Shown here piece by piece: positions 1-8,932 of a stretch of 64,000 nucleotides of DNA; positions within the stretch are counted from its first letter, which is position 1, and each line of letters starts with the position of its first letter. The stretch comes from Candidatus Sulfotelmatobacter sp. (GTDB taxonomy: Bacteria > Chloroflexota > Dormibacteria > Dormibacterales > Dormibacteraceae), in contig DATNMQ010000149.1 of NCBI GenBank assembly GCA_035602465.1, positions 16,534 through 80,533 of the forward strand. The letters are read 5' to 3'. The notes below the pieces were generated by a model that worked only from the letters and a program-made list of their open reading frames with translations, ran no database searches and was not told the DNA's origin. The position numbers and the translations under genes were made by a program.

Positions 1-141
1 GTTCGCCCCGCTCGTCTGCCCGGGTGGCTCGAAGTAGACGAATTCGATCAGACCGATCGAAAGAATGACGACCGAAACCGTGGCAAAGACGAGCAGCGTT
101 CGATACAGGGTCCGCAGCTGGTCGTAGGTGACGGCGCTCAA
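1..141 (-). CDS. hypothetical membrane protein, N-terminal fragment running off the window start
   Basis: My own minus-strand translation from the TTG at 141 gives SAVTYDQLRTLYRTLLVFATVSVVILSIGLIEFVYFEPPGQTSGAN. The frame stays open to position 1, third positions are G/C-rich, and there is one hydrophobic helix. No SD was seen. Confidence 0.3.
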   Translation of the reverse strand, partial: MSAVTYDQLRTLYRTLLVFATVSVVILSIGLIEFVYFEPPGQTSGAN

Positions 142-209
142 GCCCGCACAGTCGAAAGGATTTGTCGGCGCGTTGTCAAGAAAGAAACCCTAAAAGGAGG
201 TTGCATGGA

Positions 210-536
210 ATGCCCCAATCCGCCTGGAGCGACAAGCGCGAGCGTCAATACGAGCACATCAAGGAAGGTCTCGAGGCGCGCGGCACCGACGAGGACAAGG
301 CCGAGGAGATCGCCGCCCGCACCGTGAACAAGGAGCGGGCGCGTCACGGCGAAACCAGGGAGGCCGGCCGCACGTCGGTGGAGGACATCTCGTCAGGCCG
401 CCGGGGAGGCCTGCGGTCGCATCGCGGTTCTGGCGGCCGGACGTATGACCAGCTCCGCAACGAAGCCAAGGCGCGCGGCATCAGGGGCCGCTCGAGCATG
501 AACAAGGCGCAGCTGGAGCGCGTCCTCAGCCGCTAG
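210..536 (+). CDS. small basic protein with a Rho-N-like C-terminal domain (DUF7218 / plasmid-stabilisation-like N-terminus)
   Basis: ORF 162..536. The AAGGAGG at 194-200 lies 9 nt before the in-frame ATG at 210 (MPQSAWSDKRERQYEHIKE...). The C-terminal ...RSSMNKAQLERVLSR resembles the Rho N-terminal helix motif. Confidence 0.6.
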   Translation: MPQSAWSDKRERQYEHIKEGLEARGTDEDKAEEIAARTVNKERARHGETREAGRTSVEDISSGRRGGLRSHRGSGGRTYDQLRNEAKARGIRGRSSMNKAQLERVLSR

Positions 537-1733
537 CCGATCCGGAACTCGTTGTCCCGGATGATCGGTATCCAGGCGCCGCCGGGCTCCTTGCCCTCGA
601 TCTGGACCTCCGGGCCACCGACCATGAAGTCGGTGTGGACCGCTGACGTGTTCAACCCTGCCGCGCGATCGGCCTCATCCTTCACGCAGTAGCTGAACCC
701 GCCGCCGTACGCGATGTGGCACGTCGCGTTTTCATCGAAGCGTGTCGTAAAAGGTGATCCCAAGCTGGCCGACGGCGGACGATCCGTCCACCAGCGACAC
801 CTCGCCGAGCCTCCCCGCGTTGGCGTCGGTCTCCAGCTCAGCCCTTATCACGTCCGCACCGGTGCTCGCCCTTACATCGACGATGTGTCCGTCGTGAAAG
901 ACGAACGCGAGGTCCTGAACTATCGTCCCCTGAAGCTGGAGTGGACGCGTTGAGCGAATCCTGCCTTCCGCACGCCGGCAGTCGGGCGATGTGTAGACCT
1001 CTTCGGTCGGCATGTTCGCGATGTGCGACACGCCGAAGGTGGTGGTTGTTTCGGCGGCGTCCCATCGCGCGCTCGGTAACAGGCCGACCGTCAGGTCCGT
1101 TCCGGGGCCTTTGTAGTGAAGAGCGTCGAGGTGTCGCTCATTCAGCGCGTTGGCGATGTCGCGCAGCCTGGCCACATGCGCGCTCCAGGCGGCGATCGGG
1201 TCGTCGCGGTCGAGCCGGATCGACTTCTCGACCGCTTGCCACAGCGCTTCGACGTCCGGTTTGCCAAACACCTTTTGCGCCCATGAGGCACTGACCGCGG
1301 GAAGGATCGCCCAGTTGACCGAGCGATCGCCCACGACGCGCCCCCACTCGGCGAGGTACTCGCGGGGCCATGCCCTGCCCACGCGGCGCTCGTCCAGGCC
1401 GGAGAACAGCTCCGGCTCTGGATCGCCCCCGATCCGAATGAACGCGGCGTGCTCTGACTCGAGCGTTCGCATCATCGCCATGTACCACGACGGGGATTCG
1501 TCGAGTGACTCCTCCGGGCCGAACTCGATCAACGCACGCTTCACATGGTTGTCGAGGTAGAACGCGTCAACGCGTCTTGCGCCGGTGCGATAGGCGGCTT
1601 GCGCGGTCTCACGGATCAACGGCGCGAATTCGACATGCCCCAGGACGACCACGCGCTGTCCGGGCTGAACGTTGGCCGCGACCTTGACCGCCAGCTCGGC
1701 GACCCGCCTCAGCCTCGTCGCTTCGTCCACCAC
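533..1733 (-). pseudogene. M29 (AmpS/PepS-type) aminopeptidase interrupted by a frameshift near 735-741
   Basis: ORF 732..1808 ends ...GITFYDTLR*. The overlapping ORF 533..763 continues ...RFDENATCHIAYGGGF...VHTDFMVGG, the conserved M29 C-terminus, in another frame. The long ORF overlaps tRNA-Leu, so the likely start is the GTG at 1733 (VVDEATRLRRVAELAV). Confidence 0.7.
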
Positions 1734-1764
1734 CGCGATCGTGGCAGATCGGGCTTCAGGCCGG

Positions 1765-1850
1765 TGGTGCGGCGGAGAGGAGTTGAACCTCCACGTCCTT
1801 GCGGACACTAGCTCCTGAAACTAGCGCGTCTGCCATTCCGCCACCGCCGC
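1765..1850 (-). tRNA. tRNA-Leu (anticodon CAG), type II with long variable arm, CCA encoded
   Basis: The reverse complement reads GCGGCGG-TG-GCGGAATGGCAGACGCG-CTAGT-TTCAGGA-GCTAG-TGTCCGCAAGGACGT-GGAGGTTCAACTCCTCT-CCGCCGC-A-CCA. The acceptor, anticodon, variable and T stems all pair. Confidence 0.9.
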
Positions 1851-1920
1851 GAAACGAGGCGAAAAGTGAGTATACCCAGCGCCTGAAAAGCATCCGCTTC
1901 CACCGCGACCACTTCGGAAA

Positions 1921-1978
1921 GTCCGGACTATCCGGGGTTTGCGCGGGGGATCCGCTTCCTTCGTCCGGACTATCCGGG
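1921..1978. repeat. two exact copies of the 16-nt palindrome-containing motif GTCCGGACTATCCGGG (1921-1936, 1963-1978)
   Basis: Read directly from the sequence. Each copy contains CCGGA-CTA-TCCGG. A second 10-nt repeat, ATCCGCTTCC, occurs at 1892-1901 and 1950-1959. The region lies between the kinase stop codon and the 5' side of tRNA-Leu. Confidence 0.6.
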
Positions 1979-1992
1979 ACGAGCGCATCAAC

Positions 1993-4797
1993 CTATGACG
2001 CGACGAACAAAGTGTTCCACGCCGCCTCGACCAGCTCCGGCGTAAGCTGGGGCCGCACTCCGCGGGCCGATGAGACGTCCACCAACCGCTCCAGCAGGTC
2101 TCGCGGATGGTTGCCGCGGAGCGGCCGCCCGCCGTAGAGGCTCTGCATCATCTCCAGGGCCGCGGGAGCGGGCGGGATCGCCAGCCGCTCACGCTCGCGC
2201 TCGAAGATGCGCACCCACATCTCCCAGGTCGGGTCGGGCATCAGCACCTTGTACGCGAGGCGCCGCAGGTAGGCCTCGTCCAGCAGCTCCGCCGGCTTCA
2301 GGTTGGTCGACAAGGCGAGCTGCGCGCGGAAGGGAATCTCGACCTTGCGCCCGCTGGCGGTCAGGTTGAGGAAGTCGGTGTCCTGCTCGAGGGGAACGAG
2401 CAGGCGGTCGAGGATCTGCTTCGGCGAGACGCGTTGGCGGCCGAGGTCGTCGATCAGCAGCACGCCGCCGTTCGCCTTCACCTGCAGCGGGGCGCCGTAG
2501 ACGCGGTTGCCGTCCTCCCATGTCGGGTCGAACATCTCGAGCTGAAACTCGCCGCCCACCTGGACCAGCGGCCGTGAGACGCGCCGCCACCGGCGGTCGG
2601 CGGGCTGGTTGGGCTCGAGCCGGTGCACCGCGCCGTCGAAGATGGTCAGCACGGCGCCGCCGCCCACGTCGAGGGCGACCGGGATGACGATGGGTCCGCC
2701 GAGCAGGGCGGGGATGCGCCGCGCAAGCGTCGTCTTGCCGTTGCCGGGCGCGCCGTAGATGAAGATCGAAGAGCGCGAGTTGACCGCTGCGCGGACAGCT
2801 TCCATGACGCCGGGCGCGAGCTCGATCCCGCTAAGGGCAAGGCTGACCTTGACCAGGTCGAGGGTCCCGGGCTTCGCCGCCTCGGCCAGCACGGCCTTGT
2901 ACTCCGCCATCGAGACCGGCGCCGGACCCATGTAACGAGTGCTGGCGTCGGCGATCTGGTCGCTCCGCGTGCGGCCCTGCTTCGTCAGCGAGTAAGCCAT
3001 CCGCTCCGGCAGCGGGCGGCCGAGCCACGGACCTTGCTCCTGGGCCAGGCCGAGCGCGTCGAGGAAGTTGGCGCTGGTGAGCGCCTTGAGGATGGGTTCG
3101 ATCGCGTTGAACGGCAGGGCCAGCGCCTCCGCCACCTCGAAGCCGGTGACGCGTGTCGCCGTCGCGGCAAGGCGGAGCACCATGCCCTCGATCAACGTCC
3201 GGTTGATCTCGGGTGGCGGGGGAGGCTCGATGAGGTGGCCGGTCGCCGGAACCGCCGACGGCACCGGCCGCGGCGCGTCCACATGCTCGAGGATCGCCGC
3301 GAACAGCTTCTTGCCGAAACGCGCGCGGTCGGCGTGGTCCGGCGGCTCGCCCTCGCGGCGGCGGCTGATCCAGTCGGGGACCTCCTTGAACACCAGCGTG
3401 TTGCCGATGAGCAGCTGCACGATGTCCGGCTCGTTGGCGGCGACACGCACGGCGATCCGGATCAGGTAGCCCTGGCTCTTCAGCGCCGCCCAGCTCCGCT
3501 CCCACGCCACGTCGTTGCGGCCGGACCACGTCTGCCGGACAGTGCGGTCGCGCGCGATCGTGACGTCCTTGCGGCTCTGGTAGCGGCGGCGGACGAGCTC
3601 GGTGACGTCCTTGTCGACGTCCTCTGCGACAAGCGCCGCGAGCGGCAGCGCGCGGTCATCGACCGCGGGCCGGTTCTTGATCTCGAAGATCGTGTTCGCA
3701 GTCGGGGCCAGGGCGCGGATCACACTGGCGTGTCGCGGACAGAACGGCGTGCGCTCGATGAACTGGATGTGCCGCCTGCACCACCAGCTGTTGCACTTGC
3801 GCCCGGTCAGGTCCGTGTAGGCGCACGCCCAGCCACGCCGCTCGTTGCAGTCGCTGTAGGTGCAGACACCGGCCGGCTTCTGGCCGTCGGTGCGGGTGGG
3901 CAGGGGCCTGGGCTCTTCAACCTCTTCCTCGACCGCCAGCTCGGCCGAGATCGCCTCCGCCGGCGGATGCGCGATGGCGGCTTTCGGCATGTAGTGGAAG
4001 GCGCCGGCGAATTCCTCACAGGTCTGGAAGCGCTGCGTCCGGTCCTTGGCCGTCGCCTTCCAGATGATCTCCATGATCGGCGAGGGGATTGCGGTTGACG
4101 CCCGCGGCTTGTCAAACACCTGGGAGTGCAGCACCGTCGGCAGCGCGCCCGTGAACGGCGGCTCGCCGTGGAGCAACTCGTAGAGGATCATGCCGAGCGA
4201 GTAGATGTCGGCCGTCGCGTCGACGGGATCGCCCTTCACCTGCTCCGGCGCCATGTAGGCGGGCGTGCCGACCATGCTCCCAGTGGCGGTCAGCCGGTGC
4301 TTGTCGTCGATCAGCTTAGAGATGCCGAAGTCGAGGATCTTGGTCTTGCCCCGGTTCGAGATCAGGATGTTGTCCGGCTTCAGGTCGCGGTGGACGATCT
4401 GGTAGTCGTGCGCGACGCCGACCGCGGAAAGGAGCTGCTGGATCAAGTCAACTGAAACGTCGACGCTGAAGCGCCCGTACTCATCGAGCCACGACCGCAT
4501 CGAGCGACCCTCGACCCACTCCATGACGATGAAGAGGACCGGCCCGTCCTCGTCGAAGTCGTAGACGCGAACGATGCCGGGGTGGTTCAGCGAGGCGACC
4601 GTCGCCGCCTCGCGGTGGAAGCGCTGGCGGAAGGACGGATCGCTCGAGTACTGCTCCGATAGGACCTTGATCGCCACCGGGATCTCGAGCCGGGGATGGG
4701 TCGATCGATAGACCACTCCCATGGCACCTCGCCCCAGCTCGGCCTCGATCGGATACCGCCCTAACTGTGTTGTGCTCACCTTTGAATCTATGGGCAT
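1993..4797 (-). CDS. multidomain Ser/Thr protein kinase fused to a Cys-rich module and a C-terminal AAA+ P-loop ATPase
   Basis: 934-aa ORF. Hanks kinase motifs are present: GRGAMGVVY, VAIK, HRDLKPDN, DFG, GTPAYMAPE. A Cys/His cluster, CTYSDCNERRGWACAYTDLTGRKCNSWWCRRHIQFIERTPFCPRH, spans aa 312-356. Walker A is IFIYGAPGNGKTT (aa 678-690) and Walker B-like is [12 protein letters not shown]. Confidence 0.85.
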   Translation of the reverse strand: MPIDSKVSTTQLGRYPIEAELGRGAMGVVYRSTHPRLEIPVAIKVLSEQYSSDPSFRQRFHREAATVASLNHPGIVRVYDFDEDGPVLFIVMEWVEGRSMRSWLDEYGRFSVDVSVDLIQQLLSAVGVAHDYQIVHRDLKPDNILISNRGKTKILDFGISKLIDDKHRLTATGSMVGTPAYMAPEQVKGDPVDATADIYSLGMILYELLHGEPPFTGALPTVLHSQVFDKPRASTAIPSPIMEIIWKATAKDRTQRFQTCEEFAGAFHYMPKAAIAHPPAEAISAELAVEEEVEEPRPLPTRTDGQKPAGVCTYSDCNERRGWACAYTDLTGRKCNSWWCRRHIQFIERTPFCPRHASVIRALAPTANTIFEIKNRPAVDDRALPLAALVAEDVDKDVTELVRRRYQSRKDVTIARDRTVRQTWSGRNDVAWERSWAALKSQGYLIRIAVRVAANEPDIVQLLIGNTLVFKEVPDWISRRREGEPPDHADRARFGKKLFAAILEHVDAPRPVPSAVPATGHLIEPPPPPEINRTLIEGMVLRLAATATRVTGFEVAEALALPFNAIEPILKALTSANFLDALGLAQEQGPWLGRPLPERMAYSLTKQGRTRSDQIADASTRYMGPAPVSMAEYKAVLAEAAKPGTLDLVKVSLALSGIELAPGVMEAVRAAVNSRSSIFIYGAPGNGKTTLARRIPALLGGPIVIPVALDVGGGAVLTIFDGAVHRLEPNQPADRRWRRVSRPLVQVGGEFQLEMFDPTWEDGNRVYGAPLQVKANGGVLLIDDLGRQRVSPKQILDRLLVPLEQDTDFLNLTASGRKVEIPFRAQLALSTNLKPAELLDEAYLRRLAYKVLMPDPTWEMWVRIFERERERLAIPPAPAALEMMQSLYGGRPLRGNHPRDLLERLVDVSSARGVRPQLTPELVEAAWNTLFVAS

Positions 4798-4854
4798 GTC
4801 AGTATGCCGGAGCGCGCCCGAGGGTCAGCCCAGTTCGCGGGCCTCGGCGGGCCT

Positions 4855-5811
4855 TTAGCTGAAGACGCTCAGCGGCAGGTAGAAGGAGACCCCCCAGTTG
4901 GGCTGGTCGACGATCTGGCTGATCCGCAGGTCGCCCGCCAGGCTGCACAGGATGTAGGCGTCCTCGCGGCTCAGCCCGTGGTCGGCGTGCAGCCAGTCGA
5001 TCGAGTAGCGCACCGCGTTGCGCGCGTCCTCCATCAGGTCCGGACCCAGGGCGCACACCGAGTGATACCCCGCCGCGTCGCTGCGCGGCTGAAGTGGGGC
5101 CGCCGGAGTCACGAAGTGATAGCTCCAGGGGCGTGGCGAGCCACCCTTGACCACTCCAAATCGGAGTGAAAACGTCATCGGGCATTCGATCCCCGTAACG
5201 CAGACTTCGCCGTCTCCCTGCGCCGCGTGGCAGTCTCCCGCGGAGAACAGCGCGCCGGGCACGAATACCGGCAGGTAGAGCTTGGTCCCCGCAGTCAAGT
5301 GCCGGGTGTCGACGTTCCCCGCGCCTTTGGTCGGCGGCAGGACGTCGATCGGTCCCGCCTGATCTGTCGCGACGCCCATCGTGCCGCAGAACGGCGCGAT
5401 CGGGATGTGGATGTCGTGCCGCAGCTCCGCCGCCGTCCGATCGCCAAGGTCGAAGTAGCGCACGTATGGGTCGGGGAAGTCGGACGCAAGGAGGCCGAGA
5501 CCAGGCAGGAGGGCGGTCCATCCCCACGACCCGGGCTTCAGCTCGAGGATCTCGACCTCAAGCGCGTCACCCGGCTCGGCGCCGCGGACGTAGACCGGCC
5601 CGCCGAGCGGATAGAGGCGGTTGAAGTCCAGGCTGCCGAGGCGTGAGGCCGGGTCGCCCTTCTTCAGCTGGCCCGCGGTGACCTCCTCTGTGTCGAAATG
5701 GACGACGTCCCCGGGGTCGATCTCGACTGCCGGCGGGAGCGAGTTGTCCCACTTGAAGTGGAACCGGTCGCGCCCGATCCGGTGCTCGCGGACGCCGGCG
5801 CGCGCACTCAC
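4855..5811 (-). CDS. acetamidase/formamidase family protein
   Basis: ORF 4855..5940 has FmdA/AmdA-like sequence (HFKWDNSLPPAVEIDPGDVVHFDT..., AGDCHAAQGDGEVC). I trimmed the start to the GTG at 5811, which forms a GTGA overlap with the upstream stop at 5808-5810. Confidence 0.8.
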   Translation of the reverse strand: MSARAGVREHRIGRDRFHFKWDNSLPPAVEIDPGDVVHFDTEEVTAGQLKKGDPASRLGSLDFNRLYPLGGPVYVRGAEPGDALEVEILELKPGSWGWTALLPGLGLLASDFPDPYVRYFDLGDRTAAELRHDIHIPIAPFCGTMGVATDQAGPIDVLPPTKGAGNVDTRHLTAGTKLYLPVFVPGALFSAGDCHAAQGDGEVCVTGIECPMTFSLRFGVVKGGSPRPWSYHFVTPAAPLQPRSDAAGYHSVCALGPDLMEDARNAVRYSIDWLHADHGLSREDAYILCSLAGDLRISQIVDQPNWGVSFYLPLSVFS

Positions 5812-7475
5812 TTGTGCGCTGCCTGCGTGGCGCCTTCCTTGATTGGTACGGCGCTTGCCCGGAGCACCTTCTTGTCGAACTTGCCGACCGACGTCTTGGG
5901 CACCTCGTCGATGAAACGCACCTCGTCCGGCAGCCACCATTTCGCGACGCGGTCCTTCAGGAACGCGAGCACTTCTTCCTCAGTGACCTTGTCCTTGAAC
6001 TCGGGCTTCGGCACGGCGAACGCGACGGGGCGCTCATCCCACTTCGAGTGCGGAAGCCCGATCACCGCCGCTTCCATGATCTTGGGATGGGCCATGACCG
6101 CGTTCTCCAGCTCGACCGAGGAGATCCACTCGCCGCCTGACTTGATCACGTCCTTGGTGCGGTCCACGATCTGGATGTATCCGTCAGGTGTGACCTTGGC
6201 CACGTCGCCGGTGCGGAACCATCCGTCCTCGGTCAATTTGTCCGGGTCGTAACCGTTGTAGTAGGCGCGCGCGATCCATGGGCCGCGGACCTGGATCTCC
6301 CCGAACGCGACGCCATCCCAGGGCAGCTCCTGGCCGGTTGCCTGGTCGGTGATCCGCAGCTCGACGCCTGGAGAGACGCGGCCTTGATACAGACGGACCG
6401 TCAGCTCGTCTTCAGGCTTCGTTCCCGAGCGCACGTATCCGATGCTGCCCAGCGGCGAGGTCTCCGTCATGCCCCAGGCGTGCAGGATGTGAAGGCCAAG
6501 AGAGTCCATCGTCTCCATCAGCGATCGCGGGACGGCCGAGCCGCCGCAGACGACCCGGTCCACCTTCGGCAGACGTTTCCCGGTTTCCATCAGGTAGTTG
6601 GCGAGCGCAAGCCACACCGTCGGGACGCCGGCGAGGAAGGTGACCCCCTCCTCCTCGGAAAGCTCGACCAGGGACTTCGGGTCGCCGGAGAAGCGGCCGC
6701 CGAAGACCATCTTCGAGCCGGCCATCCCCACGCCGTAAGGCAGGCCCCAGCTCATTGCGTGAAACATCGGCACGACCGGAAGCAGGACCGCTCTTTCGGT
6801 CAAACCGAGGCTGTCGCCCTGCAGGGTCCCCATCGTGTGGAGGAACACCGAGCGATGCGAATAGACGACGCCCTTTGGGTTGCCCGTCGTGCCCGACGTG
6901 TAGCACATGGCGGCGGCCATCCGTTCGGAGAGCTTCGGCCACGGATAGCTCTCGCTCTCGGCCGCCAGCAGGGTTTCGTAATCGAGCGCGCCTTCGAGGC
7001 CCGCCTCTGCGCCGGCCTCGGCTCCCTGGTTGGTGTCGCTCATCACGACGAAGGTCTGGATGCTCGGGATCTTGCCCAACAGAGGCTTGATCAGTGGAAG
7101 AACCGACTGATCGACAAATAAAACCTTGTCTTCCGCGTCATTGATGATGAATTCGAGGTGTTGAGCGAACAAACGCAGGTTCAGCGTGTGAAGGACGGCG
7201 CCCATGCACGGGACGGCGTAGTAGAGCTCGAGGTGGCGGTTGTTGTTCCACGCCAGGGTGGCGACTCGATCGCCGGGCTTGACGCCCAGCCGTTTCAGCG
7301 CGCCCGCAAGCCGGTTGATGCGCGGCACCATCTCACCGTTAGTTGTGCGGTGGATGCCATCGTCACGCTTGGTCACCACCTCTTTCCGCTGGTGCAGTCG
7401 CTCAATCCGCCACAGCACGTGCTGCAGACTGAGCTCGTAGTCCTGCATCAAGCCTTCCACGGCCGCCACCTCCAC
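5808..7475 (-). CDS. AMP-dependent acyl-CoA synthetase / long-chain fatty-acid-CoA ligase
   Basis: 555-aa ORF with the AMP-binding signature YTSGTTGNPKGV, and TGD...DRTKDVIKSGGEWIS near the C-terminus. An alternative start is the ATG at 7448 (MQDYELS), preceded by GGAAGG. Confidence 0.85.
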   Translation of the reverse strand: MEVAAVEGLMQDYELSLQHVLWRIERLHQRKEVVTKRDDGIHRTTNGEMVPRINRLAGALKRLGVKPGDRVATLAWNNNRHLELYYAVPCMGAVLHTLNLRLFAQHLEFIINDAEDKVLFVDQSVLPLIKPLLGKIPSIQTFVVMSDTNQGAEAGAEAGLEGALDYETLLAAESESYPWPKLSERMAAAMCYTSGTTGNPKGVVYSHRSVFLHTMGTLQGDSLGLTERAVLLPVVPMFHAMSWGLPYGVGMAGSKMVFGGRFSGDPKSLVELSEEEGVTFLAGVPTVWLALANYLMETGKRLPKVDRVVCGGSAVPRSLMETMDSLGLHILHAWGMTETSPLGSIGYVRSGTKPEDELTVRLYQGRVSPGVELRITDQATGQELPWDGVAFGEIQVRGPWIARAYYNGYDPDKLTEDGWFRTGDVAKVTPDGYIQIVDRTKDVIKSGGEWISSVELENAVMAHPKIMEAAVIGLPHSKWDERPVAFAVPKPEFKDKVTEEEVLAFLKDRVAKWWLPDEVRFIDEVPKTSVGKFDKKVLRASAVPIKEGATQAAHK

Positions 7476-7510
7476 GTTTCTTTACCCCAGAGGGAGGTCT
7501 TAGAAGGTCG

Positions 7511-8233
7511 ATGGTAAGCCCGGCGGGCGTAGCATGCACACCCATGCCTTCGCGAGGTCGTGCAGACCTCCATATGCACACGACGTTCAGCGACGGCTGG
7601 CCCTCACCGCGTGAATTGGTCGACTACGCGAGCGCCGCGGGATTGAACGTGATCGCGGTTACAGATCACGACACAATCGAGGGAGCCGTTCGTGCGGCCG
7701 ATCACGCGGCGCGACGCTCGAAGCTGCAGGTGGTCATCGGCGAGGAGATCTCGAGCCGCAACGGTCACATCGTCGGCCTGTTCCTCGAACGGAGAATCCG
7801 TCCGGGAATGTCGGCGGCCGCGACCGTGCACGCGATTCACGACCAGGGCGGACTCGCGGTCGCGGTGCATCCCTTCTGGCGGACGCAGCGCCCCGCGCGC
7901 GGAGGGATGGTGCATGGCGTCGGATGGCTGGCGGCCGAGCTGGACTTCGACGCGGTCGAGGTCGAGAACGCAACGCCGGGTTTCTATGTTTTCAACCAGA
8001 TGGCGCGGCGGCTGAACGTCGGTCTGGCGTCGGCCGAGCTCGGCGGGTCGGACGCGCACATCCTCGACGCGATCGGCCGCGCGTACACAGAGTTTCCAGG
8101 CAAGACGCCGAAAGCGCTGCGGACGGCGATCGAATCAGCCACGACAATCGCCGGACGGAGGCGCTACCGACCCATGGGTCTCGTCCGATACGCGGCCTGG
8201 GGCTTGAACCACGAGCGATACGCCGTAGGCTGA
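7511..8233 (+). CDS. PHP-domain phosphoesterase
   Basis: DLHMHTTFSDGWPSPRELVDYA...IAVTDHDTIEGA is a typical PHP metal-binding N-terminus. An alternative start is the ATG at 7544. Confidence 0.75.
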   Translation: MVSPAGVACTPMPSRGRADLHMHTTFSDGWPSPRELVDYASAAGLNVIAVTDHDTIEGAVRAADHAARRSKLQVVIGEEISSRNGHIVGLFLERRIRPGMSAAATVHAIHDQGGLAVAVHPFWRTQRPARGGMVHGVGWLAAELDFDAVEVENATPGFYVFNQMARRLNVGLASAELGGSDAHILDAIGRAYTEFPGKTPKALRTAIESATTIAGRRRYRPMGLVRYAAWGLNHERYAVG

Positions 8234-8385
8234 GACAGCGCGGGTGAGGACTGCGTCCTCCCCCGCGGGACCCCCTCGTCATCTGGTCGCACGAGACGAG
8301 TGGCGGTGTCTTAGGAGTGGACGTCTGGGTGACGGCCGGGGTGAACCCGGCCTGCCGGCAGCGCTTGGCATCAATATGAAGGTGC

Positions 8386-8461
8386 GCCCGCTTAGCTCAA
8401 TGGATAGAGCGCCTGACTTCGGATCAGGAGGTTGCGAGTTCGAGTCTTGCAGCGGGTACCA
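8386..8461 (+). tRNA. tRNA-Arg (anticodon TCG), CCA encoded
   Basis: GCCCGCT-TA-GCTCAATGGATAGAGC-G-CCTGA-CTTCGGA-TCAGG-AGGTT-GCGAGTTCGAGTCTTGC-AGCGGGT-A-CCA gives a cloverleaf with a G1-U72 wobble. Confidence 0.9.
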
Positions 8462-8464
8462 GGA

Positions 8465-8896
8465 TCAGCAGCTTCCCGGGACAGATACGGCTTTCGACGA
8501 GACCAGGCGCGTGGCGGCGGCCGCATCCCACCACATCCGTCGCGGCACTGAACCCTCTACCCCGACATGGCCGAACCACTCCGTCACCAGGAACACGAAG
8601 AGGCCTACCCATCCGGTGAGAAAGACGATCGCGGTACGCAACAGGGCGGGAACCAATCCCGGCTGGCGACCATCCTTCTGCACGACGCGAATCCCTGTCA
8701 GCCAGCGTCCGACCGAGATTCCGAGAAACGCGGTCAGGACCACATCGAGGACGAAAAGGAATCCGAGAGCGTAGTAGACAGAGCCGACCGCGAACACCGC
8801 CCCGAATACAATCCACGCCGCGAAGAACACGAAGAAATCGATGAATACCGCAAGCATTCGGCTCACATTGGTCGCCGGCAACGGGGCCACTGACAT
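8465..8896 (-). CDS. RDD family membrane protein
   Basis: 143-aa ORF with three hydrophobic segments and an RDD-like layout (...RMLAVFIDFFVFF..., GRWLTGIRVV..DG). Confidence 0.65.
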   Translation of the reverse strand: MSVAPLPATNVSRMLAVFIDFFVFFAAWIVFGAVFAVGSVYYALGFLFVLDVVLTAFLGISVGRWLTGIRVVQKDGRQPGLVPALLRTAIVFLTGWVGLFVFLVTEWFGHVGVEGSVPRRMWWDAAAATRLVSSKAVSVPGSC

Positions 8897-8932
8897 CGGC
8901 GACGAGTTAATCCGGTTTGGTGACCGCAGTCA

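Noticed and set aside
2623-4098. 491-aa plus-strand ORF antisense to the kinase-AAA+ gene
   Set aside because: It is an Arg/Ala/Gly/Asp-rich shadow ORF of the kind generated by high GC content. It lies entirely inside a gene with clear kinase and P-loop motifs on the other strand, and it has no recognisable motifs.
8234-8385. tRNA-Sec (selC) or another RNA gene in the larger intergenic gaps (8234-8385, 20047-20268, 54548-54711, 60815-61177)
   Set aside because: No cloverleaf with a TCA anticodon, an 8-9 bp acceptor stem and a long variable arm could be drawn. Only short hairpins (for example GAGGAC-TGC-GTCCTC at ~8258-8272) were seen. By-eye sensitivity is limited.
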